Part shown: positions 31,999-40,502 of the stretch, in pieces
How the letters are laid out: each line of letters begins with the position of its first letter
How positions within the stretch are numbered: the first letter of the stretch is position 1
NCBI GenBank assembly: GCA_048772705.1
Contig: JBLWGC010000066.1
Location: forward strand, 1-40,502
DNA length: 40,502 nt
Direction of reading: 5' to 3'
Source of the DNA: Leidyana gryllorum EB-2025a
Lineage: Eukaryota > Protista > Apicomplexa
The notes under the pieces: model-generated
Databases searched by the model: none
What the model was told of the DNA's origin: nothing
The model's input: only the letters and a program-made list of their open reading frames with translations
Position numbers and translations under genes: made by a program

Positions 31999-32637
31999 TG
32001 TTGTGGTGTACCAGTTAGTGCAATGGGAAGTGTCTTGTGCTCGCAACCTGGAGGTCGCAGGATCGAATCCACGGCCCTGCACTTCGCCCTTGGCTAGCCA
32101 CCTCGACCGGCACATGGCTGCCCTTAGTATTGTGATCCAGTAGTGCAGTGGTAACTACTCGGACTTGGGACCCGCAGGTCGGCGGATCGAATCCCACCTC
32201 GGACAACTGTGCCAAGACCCCCAGGTGACGGGTGAGGGCAGGTCGAGGATGGAGGACGGGTGGGGGAGCCCCCAGGAGGCCCCACAGCGTCGTACACGCA
32301 CGTCTAAGCTGCACACTGGTCTGCAGTGCCACGACATGTTCGGCGACTGCGCCAATAGCACAATGGTAATGACTACGGACTTATGTTCTGAAGGTCGGTG
32401 GTTCGAGTCTCCCCGCGGACAAGCCTGACTCCACGGCATTGTCAACGGGACTGGCTGCTTAAGGTAAGTCTTGTCCATACGTGTGCAGGTGAAGGCTGTA
32501 CACGCGCGCGCCAAGACATTTGAGGCAAGACCTTAGCTGTAGCACATAGGTAGCGTTAGGTCCAACTTAGATGCTTTTTAGAAAAGGAAAAAAGGGGGAA
32601 CGAACTCGACAGTCGGCACTCACCCTGGAGCACAACA
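31999..32637. mobile_element. Solo-LTR-like element (copy 3, independent insertion)
   Basis: Same ends; different 5-bp TSD GCCCA (31994-31998, 32638-32642). Confidence 0.88.
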
Positions 32638-32849
32638 GCCCACATGGCGAAATGGATAGACAGCGAAAGCCTCTTCGCGTGTTGCAGTCGCGGGTTGCAG
32701 CACCGCGAGCGGTGCTCATAGAGGCTGTTCGGGAGCAACCTCGATGTACAAGGGTCACACGACGGGCGTTCGCTCACTTGGTACAGCATCTGACTACGGC
32801 GGGTGCGGCGGGTAGTTCACCTTTTCTCCCACCGACACTCGACTTCTTA

Positions 32850-32930
32850 TGCGAGAAGTGGGGTTCGAACCCACGCGGAATTAACTAGTGGATCTTAAGG
32901 CCACCCCATTAACCTCTCGGGCATTCTCGC
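32850..32930 (-). tRNA. tRNA-Leu(TAA)
   Basis: GCGAGAA/TTCTCGC acceptor, GTGGC-CT-TAA-GA-TCCAC. Confidence 0.75.
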
Positions 32931-34196
32931 AATTCAGCATCGAAATAATTAGTCTGGGTTTCTTCGGGTAGCCAGTGCCCTTAAAGGCGGGCGAAAGATA
33001 CTAACGACCATGTGAGTGGGGTGTGAACACAGCGCCTTACCCACTAGGGCATTCTGGTGGGCGCAAGTCTGCATCGGTGCGGAACCCATTCTGTGCAATG
33101 GTAATCATTCCAGGGCGGATTCACCCATCACTTCGAGTCTACGGCTGTACGTAGCCGGTTGTATCCCCCTTCCCATTCGGCTGTCTGGTCTAGTGGTATG
33201 ATCCTTCCTAAGGGTGGCAGGAGTCCTGGGTTCGATTCCCAAAACAGCCTTTTGCTAGGCGCTGACGAGGTTCTAGGAGAGTTGATACACTCATCCCCTG
33301 TTCGAATAAGATAACGAGTCTTTTGAACTCCGCCTGCCATGTCACTCGACAGCTACTAGATTCGAACCAGTGGGGCCAGGCGATACTGACGACTCAGGCG
33401 TGTAAGACAGTGAGGTTGTGGGTTGTGCGGTGGTGGCGTAATGGATAGCGTGTTGCCCGGAGGCAAAGGTTGTGGGTTCGAGTTCCGCCCACCGTTCTCT
33501 GGTCTCGCTCAACAGTGGAATCGAGAAGAGTGACTGCCATTCCGAGCCATGCAGACTTGCGCCATCCAAACTCAAGTTCGGCACCGCGGGCCACACCGCG
33601 ATCTGTGTCGCAGTGCTGAGCTTGAGAGCTCGAAGTGCCACTGTTGAGGAAGCGAGGCCGGGAAAGTTCACTTGGGTTTGGCGGATAGGCGGCTATCTCA
33701 AGTGCCAGAGAGATGACTTTGCAGGCCAAATGTGCGGGGGTCGATACCCAGGTCGGGGACCTCTTGAAGCAAAAAGACGCCTGTGAAGCATTTTCTAGGT
33801 GTGTCCTCCTGCGGACGCTCAGCAGTGCGTCGTTTCGATCGAGCGGAACTTTGGGTCATGAGCCCAACACTCTCCTCGTGTCTCTCTGAGTGCTACAGCC
33901 TCTGTCGATCTTTCGACTGCACTTGTGGTCTGAGGGCAAAATGCGACCGTGCTGAGGTCGTAGAGCGGACTGAGTTCCCGCAGGTGCAGCCGTATGCAAG
34001 TCGGACGACCTGTCTATCGATCTCATCTCGCATGTCAATGAGCACTCTACCCATTGAGCCAGCGGTCTCCAACTTCGAAGAGCTATTGCATGCGGTGCTT
34101 GATGAGTGGACGATTGCCATTGAAAATCTGCGGAACGCTGCTGGCAAGCTCGAGTCGCACGGCTGCGAGGAATGACACCAAATGTCACAACCTCTT

Positions 34197-34265
34197 TGCC
34201 TCAGCCGTGGATCGAACACGGGACTTCCAGTCAGTCTGGCGCTCTCCCAACTGAGCTACCGAGGC
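34197..34265 (-). pseudogene. tRNA-Phe pseudogene (anticodon loop deleted)
   Basis: GCCTCGGTAGCTCAGTTGGGAGAGCGCCAGACTGA..CTGGAAGTCCCGTGTTCGATCCACG: Phe-type body. Confidence 0.7.
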
Positions 34266-34913
34266 GGTAGGTAGTCACGGAAGGCGGTGAAAATGAGCAT
34301 TTATCGCGGCCGCATGCCGGAATCGACAGTTGCCAACTTGCTCGAGTGGGGAAGAGGGGTAGATTGGGATCCAACTGGGCCTGGGCCGCGCTGGTGCAGA
34401 TCCAGCAGTTGTCGTGCGATGTGATTGGAGGGGTCTGAGCTATTCCCAGCATCAGACCCTCATATGGATCGAGACATCGAATGCCTTCTTAGCTTAGGGG
34501 CAGAGCATTCGCTCAGTAAGCGAAAGGTCGCCAGTTCGATTCCGGCAGAAGGCTTGACTGCATCGACGGGCACCTGCAAAGCTCAAGTCTCTCAAGCTCC
34601 AATCATCTTAGCCGAGCCTCGTAGTTCAGCCACCAGAGGGTAAGTCTCTTAGCCACAAGTTCGCAGACTGGAACCTATCAGTACCTGAGGCACCCGGTTG
34701 ACCCGACAGACCACGTCTTGTTAAGAGGGTACGGCTCTCGGCTTAAGCTGCAGCTGAGTGAGTCGTCCACTGTATACTAAGTGGCTAGGATATGCGGCTC
34801 TTGAGCCGCACGATCCGGAATAAGTTCCGGCAGTGGAAGTCATTCAACTACTCAAGCAAAGTGCTCCACTAATCTCCGTCGATAGCGATTTTTCGTTATA
34901 CCCGGCTTACATT

Positions 34914-34985
34914 GCCTTCTTAGCTTAGGGGCAGAGCGTTCGCTTCGTAAGCGAGAAGTCGCCGGTTCGATTCCGGCAGAAGGCT
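34914..34985 (+). tRNA. tRNA-Thr(CGT)
   Basis: Same sequence as 17396-17467. Confidence 0.92.
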
Positions 34986-35165
34986 TTGATGCATCGATAG
35001 ACTTATAAGGAATGGCTGCCATCACGTACAAGATTGAACAGGATGGTGTTCTGCATATTGCGGTCTAGTGGAAAACTCTCTCGCGGGCATCGAGATAACC
35101 CGATTCCCGACAGATGCAAAATGATGGCCGCATGATGAGTTCGTCGGCGGTTCCGATTCCGACCC

Positions 35166-35238
35166 TGGGAGTGGAGAGGATCGAACTCTCGACTTCCGGA
35201 TTATGAGACCCACGCTCTACCGACTGCGCTACACTCCC
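35166..35238 (-). tRNA. tRNA-Met(CAT) elongator type; uninterrupted (empty-site) copy
   Basis: GGGAGTG/CACTCCC acceptor, CTCATAA loop. Confidence 0.75.
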
Positions 35239-35906
35239 TAGTAATACTTCTCTCGATGCATCTCCTCCTGTCAAAAGGGTGCACGAGGATGCTGTATCCA
35301 CAACACACTCGCTTAGTGGGGCCGGGGCTCGAACCCCATACGAGGAACTTGTTAGGCTCACATCTTAACTGACCGAAAATACGCAGAGTTTCGGTAAACA
35401 GTCACTGGACCAAACAGCCGACTGATGTGCTCAGCAAAGCACCATGATTGGCCTCGTCCACCCCGTCGAACAGTCATTCCACAGCCTAATACTGACATGG
35501 AGTAGGGGTTGTACCCCACACCACTTACAATTCGCACGGGATTCCCGCGTTCCACTCTCGGCAAGGTGGCCCAGTGCTTGAGGCGGCGACCTGCTAAGCC
35601 GTTGGGTTTCACCTGCGTGGATTCGAATCTCACTCTTATCCGTAGCATTCGGGGAGAGCGCAACTGCTTCAATGATTGAAATGAGGTTTCTGCCCGACTC
35701 GTTCTCGCTCTACACTGGACGCTATACCAAGTCAATTGTACTGTCTGATGCACCGGCTGTTTGGTCTAGTGGCATAACTCTCCTTCGGGTGGAAGAAGTC
35801 CTAGGTTCGATTCCCACAAAAGCCCGCTTTGTTGTTGGCTGACTCGGCAAAACACGTCATCTCAAGATGGTACAGGCTCTCCCCAAAGCCTCAACTCGGG
35901 CACTTG

Positions 35907-35979
35907 TCCACTGTAGTCTAAGTGGCTAGGATCTGCGGCTCTCACCCGCACAGTCCGGGTTCAAGTCTCGGCAGTGGAA
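35907..35979 (+). tRNA. tRNA-Glu(CTC), minor changes
   Basis: Glu body. Confidence 0.75.
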
Positions 35980-36334
35980 ATCCAGCTGAATGTGCTGTTC
36001 CATTCTTACTTTAGGGAGATAACTCCACACCTCCCGCGGGGCTCGAACCTGCGACTGCAAGATTAAGACTCTTGCGCTCTACCGACTGAGCTACGGCGGC
36101 AAGAAAGCAAGGACGCAAAAACCCGATAGCCTGACATCTAAAGTGGCTTTGGTACCCACCAGCCTCAGCAAGTTGTGGCCGTGCATACCCAGGCCCGAAT
36201 CCTGGCTTGGATAGTATGTCCGCGATATCTCGAATGGGAGATGTGGGTGAAGTCTCTGCCGACCCACCATCGGGCGTAGCTGCCCATGTCCTGTCTTTAT
36301 CGCTTCACACTTCCATTTGACGGCTCCGCTAGTC

Positions 36335-36407
36335 GGCGCTATGGCCTAATGGATATGGCATCGGTCTACGGAACCGGGGATTCTGGGTTCGAGTCCCGGT
36401 AGCGTCT
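36335..36407 (+). tRNA. tRNA-Arg(ACG)
   Basis: Intact. Confidence 0.9.
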
Positions 36408-36626
36408 GGGCGAATGGCCGCGTTGCAGCCTGTTGAGTCAACAACTCAGATCCTGTCTTAGCTGTTCGGGATGGGTCGAGTGCCGTGTTGCGTCAACAGC
36501 TATCAGACGGGCTGTTCTGGGAATCGAACCCAGGACTTCTTCCACCCGAAGGAAGAACCATACCACTACCATTTCAAGTCGACATGCGCGGCAGTGGCTC
36601 CTCATACGGCTATCAAGCTTGCCTAG

Positions 36627-36699
36627 CACCGCCCGCGGGGCTCGAACCCGCGACTGCAAGATTAAAAGTCTTGCGCTCTACCGACTGATCTAGGGCGGC
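36627..36699 (-). tRNA. tRNA-Lys(TTT)
   Basis: One D-stem change. Confidence 0.8.
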
Positions 36700-37311
36700 A
36701 AGGAAGCTCTAAACTTAGTTACACCCTATTTACCGTTGGGTGGAGCAGTGGAAGTCATTGAACCCGTGCAATGTGCTCCAGTAACTTCAGTCAGTCAATG
36801 GTGACTGATGCGTGATCTCCAGCTAACATTGCCTTCATAGCTTAGGGGCAGAGCATTCGCTCAGTAAGCGAAAGGTCGCGGGTTCGATTCCGGTAGAAGG
36901 CTTTGCACACAAGCCGATCTATTCTGAAGCTGTTTCCCTTTTGCGCACATTTAGCAGTGTCGTTGTTTCGATCGACGGACCTTTGGGTTATAAGCCCAAC
37001 ACTCTTCCACTGAGCTACACTGCTCAGTCTGCAACATGTAAGAAGTAGCCGAAATGCGATTCTCGAGATCTTAGTTCCCTGACTGCCTTACCGAAGTGGG
37101 CTAACGAGGTGGTCGGTTCTGAGGGCAACTTGTCCCGTCGGTTTAACCGACGACCATTAGGGCTGTTCTGCGAATCGAACCCAGGACGCTTCCACCCCAA
37201 GAAAGGATCCAGAGCAACAGCCGAATACTTGGGTGCATGCAACCGGATATACAAATGGAGACTCGAATCCACTGTGGCCTTCTCCAGCCTATTCTTGAGG
37301 ATGATCGCCGT

Positions 37312-37394
37312 TGCACAAAATGGGATTCGAACCCATGCAGACTTGCGCCTACCAGAACTTGAGTCTGGCCCCTAGACCACTCGGGCATCTGTGC
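37312..37394 (-). tRNA. tRNA-Leu(CAA), slightly degenerate
   Basis: CCAGA-CT-CAA-GT-TCTGG, long variable arm. Confidence 0.72.
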
Positions 37395-37812
37395 GTTACT
37401 TTATTTCTGAGTTCCAGAGTGTTAATGGCTTCCGTTGTGACGTCGATGTCGTTCTGAGTGTACCGCCCCGAAGTACTTTTACGGCCCGAGTTGCTTACAT
37501 GGCAACGCATGTGATTGTAGTGGTGGCATCAAATATTCGACGAGCAAACTCCTTCGCGCCGCGGGTTGAGGAGTGGACTTCTTACAACGTAGTTCGTCTG
37601 ACACTCCTGTTCCATTCCATCCTGATCGAGATCGCTACCTCTACAGCCTCGCTCAAAGATTATCCGAGTCGTCTAGTGGTTAGGACAGCACGTTGTGGCC
37701 GTGCAAACCCAGGCTCAATTCCTGGCTCGGACAAGCAGTCTAAAGTGCATTGCTTTTCGCCCCGGAATGTTGAAAATATCGTTGCAGCCATGGTCAAATC
37801 TGTACGATCGGC

Positions 37813-37882
37813 TGCACCTCCGGGACTCGAACCCGGGCTGCGAGCATGGGAAGCTCGCATCCTACCCTTGGACCACAAGTGC
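37813..37882 (-). tRNA. tRNA-Gly(CCC), 1-nt deletion near the T stem
   Basis: CGAGC-TT-CCC-AT-GCTCG. Confidence 0.72.
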
Positions 37883-38403
37883 ACTCAAGAAAGAGCTTCA
37901 GCACCCCGAGACTCGGCCGCAGTCTGCCTTAAGCTAGTGGGTGCCTCAGGTACTGGCAGGTTCCAAACGCGCGACTTTGTGGCTGAAAGACTTACCCTCT
38001 GCTGACTGAGCTACGAGGCTACGATGATTGGAGCTTGAGAGACTTGAGCTTTGCAGGTGCCCAGTCGATGCAGTCAAGCCCTCTGCCGGAATCAAACCGG
38101 CGACTTCTCGCTTACGAAGCGAACGCTCTGCCCCTAAGCTAAAAAGGCAATGTAAGCCGGGTATAACGAAAAATCGCTATCGACGGAGATTAGTGGAGCA
38201 CTTTGCTTGAGTAGTTGAATGACCACTGGCGGACGTGAAACCGGATCGTGCGGCTGAAAGCCGCATATCCTAGCCACTTAGACTACAGAGCCGTACCCTC
38301 TAACAAGACGTGGTCTGTCGGGTCAACCTTCAACAAAGGAATTGCAGAATCCTGCAGTAGAAAGTGGAGGGTCTCTCTACTGACCTCTGAAACATTGTAA
38401 GCG

Positions 38404-38476
38404 GGTCTTGTAGCTTAGTCGGCAGAGCGTGTGGCTGTTAACCACGAGGTCGCAGGTTCAAAACCTGCCAGGACCG
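38404..38476 (+). tRNA. tRNA-Asn(GTT)
   Basis: GGTCTTG/CAGGACC acceptor, GTT loop. Confidence 0.82.
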
Positions 38477-38857
38477 GCTTCAGAGGCACCCTAGACATTG
38501 ACTGCGGTACTGGTAGTTAGACTCCGCGGCTGCTTTGAAGATGGCCTGAAACGCTCGAAGATGTTGGATCTCCATCCTGACCACAATGCAATGAGTCTGG
38601 AGCGCGGCATAATTTTGGGCCTATGGCGGAATGTAGCGCGTCTGACTCCAGCTCAGAAATTTGGGTGTTCGAATCACTCAATCAGACCTCATGTTCTTCC
38701 CGTATGGGGCGCAACCTGACAAGAGTGGAATTCGGGTCGACGCCCTTCCAGCGCTGCGCCGTCTACAGCTCTCCGCCAGTGTCTAAATGGCTTTGATGTT
38801 TGATTCCACCTCGGGGGATCCAGCATCCGGGTCGGTGCCATCTGTCGTCGCAGCAGT

Positions 38858-38931
38858 GGTCGCGTAGCTCAGTCGGTTAGAGCTTGAGCCTAATAAGCTC
38901 AAGGTCCCCGGTTCAAGCGCGGGCGTGACCA
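38858..38931 (+). tRNA. tRNA-Ile(AAT), minor changes
   Basis: Ile body. Confidence 0.78.
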
Positions 38932-39305
38932 AGGGAGTGGATCTCGATACAGAGTTGCCCCCCGAGGAAGCCCCAACATTCCACGACCAATACGCATGGA
39001 ATCCGTTATTAAGCCCGAGCTTCCTTGCCACCCAGCTCAGTCCGTAGAGCGCAAGAGTTGCAATGGAGAATTCGCGGGTTCGGGCAGCGCGAGCGGTCCG
39101 ATTCAAGCTTGCTGAACCGTATGTGAAGCCACTGTCTGCGGCATGCCGAGTTCGACCGTTGGCAACTTGCCCGAGTGGTTAAGGGGGTAGACTGGAGTGC
39201 CTTGGGCCTGACCCGCGCTGGTTCAAATCCAGCAGTTGTCGTGCGATGTGATCGGAGGGTCAAACACCAACTCACGCATAAAATTCAACCATGTGCTATC
39301 TGCTC

Positions 39306-39377
39306 TGCATACTGCCGGGAATCGAACCCGGGTCGTCTCGATGGCAACGAGACATTCTACCACTAGACCACAGATGC
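39306..39377 (-). tRNA. tRNA-Gly(GCC), 1-nt insertion in acceptor
   Basis: Gly body. Confidence 0.75.
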
Positions 39378-39473
39378 GTAACACCTTATTGTTGGAGCTC
39401 GTACACAATAACGGCCGTTTTACTTCGAATGAGAAGACAGGGTCAAGTTGAGCGAGTATGAGAGGCGCCTCGT

Positions 39474-39545
39474 GGGTACTTAACTCAGTGGTAGAGCAGT
39501 TGACTGCAGATCAGCAAGTCCGTGGTTCAACTTCGCGCGTGCGCT
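39474..39545 (+). pseudogene. tRNA-Cys(GCA), degenerate
   Basis: GTTGA-CT-GCA-GA-TCAGC; acceptor broken. Confidence 0.7.
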
Positions 39546-40502
39546 GAAGTTGAGATGAAACGCTGGAAGATGTTAAACCAACATTCCTGACCACAAGGGG
39601 TTGCAGGATCCTGCGCTAGAAAAGGAGGGTTTCTATATTAACCTCTGAAACATTGTAGCTGGATCTTGTAGCTCAGTCGACCGTGTGGCTGTTAACCACA
39701 AAGTCGCAGGTTCGAAACCTGCCAGCACCACTTTCAGAGGCACCCTAAACATTGACTGCGCTGCTCTCCCAATGGCACTTGTGGTCTGCGACCCTTCAAG
39801 GATGTAAGGTGGTTTGGATCCCGCCACGTGCAGCCGTACGTACTTTGGACGACCCGGGCATCGATCCCAGTACAACTCGCATGCTAAGCGGAGCGCTCTA
39901 CCATTTGAGCGGGTCGCCCATTCAGCAAACCCCAGTACATCCAGTTCTTTTTACATGGCATGACCAATCTCCCAACTGCATCGATCACTTTGCTCCTGAA
40001 CCGTATGTGAACCCGCTGGCCGCAAAATGCCGAGTTCGACAGGTGGCAACTTGCCCGAGTGGTTAATGAGGTAAATTACAATCTACTGGGCCTGACCCGC
40101 GCTGGTTCAAACCCAGCAGTTGTCATGCGATGTGATTGGAAGGGTCTGCCAACTCACGCGTGAAACCCAAGAATGGTGGCACAATCAACCATGTGCCAGC
40201 TCCTCTGCATCTGGCGGGAATCGAACTTGGGTCGTCTCGGTGGCAACGACACATTCTACCCCTGAGACCACAGATGCGTGACACCTCCATTCCTGAATAC
40301 AAGGCGATGAGTCTGGACTACTCGAGGCCGTCCAACTTTCTGTGAGGCTACAGGCCGGTACATAAAACTTCCGGCTCACCGGGTACGTGTTTCCAAAGAC
40401 ACACGCCCCTTTCGCAGTCCGAAAGCTCCGTGCAGCCATGGTCTAGTGGTCACGACGTCTGCTTAATACGCAGAAGGTCCCGAGTTCAATCCTCGGTGGC
40501 TG

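Larger units (their letters stand above)
20764..40502. other. Dense tRNA gene/pseudogene cluster, right part
   Basis: Same gene set and flanking modules as the left part; many degenerate copies. Confidence 0.97.

Noticed and set aside
67-40439. All listed ORFs (60-236 aa)
   Set aside because: They are shadow translations of tRNA genes and spacers (motifs such as GIEPG, GSIP, VAQ.VE recur from A/B boxes); no recognisable domain
1-40502. Phage, bacterial or organellar tRNA array
   Set aside because: No encoded CCA, eukaryotic initiator features, A34 anticodons (AAC, AGC, AAT, AGA, AGG, AGT, AAG), a 37/38 intron and U6 all indicate a nuclear eukaryotic origin; the organism cannot be named from this sequence

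Overview
A eukaryotic, non-protein-coding region. About 35 of the 40.5 kb is a very dense cluster of nuclear-type tRNA genes, pseudogenes and fragments on both strands: roughly 150 units by eye, about one per 200 bp, with no encoded CCA. All 20 amino acid isotypes are represented (Phe only as a pseudogene). The cluster is a mosaic of multi-tRNA modules reshuffled by direct and inverted duplication, with breakpoints often inside tRNA genes. It also holds two U6 snRNA genes (one per copy of a ~7 kb segmental duplication) and a ~3.05 kb satellite-bearing insertion that splits a tRNA-Met gene. The best novelty candidate is three copies of a ~638 bp solo-LTR-like element with TGTTGTG...CACAACA ends, 5-bp target-site duplications and two independent insertion sites. 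Each copy carries three tRNA-derived A-box/B-box (Pol III promoter) cassettes. None of the listed ORFs looks like a real protein gene. Coordinates were read by eye and may be off by a few bases. Only the better-preserved or informative tRNA units are listed individually.
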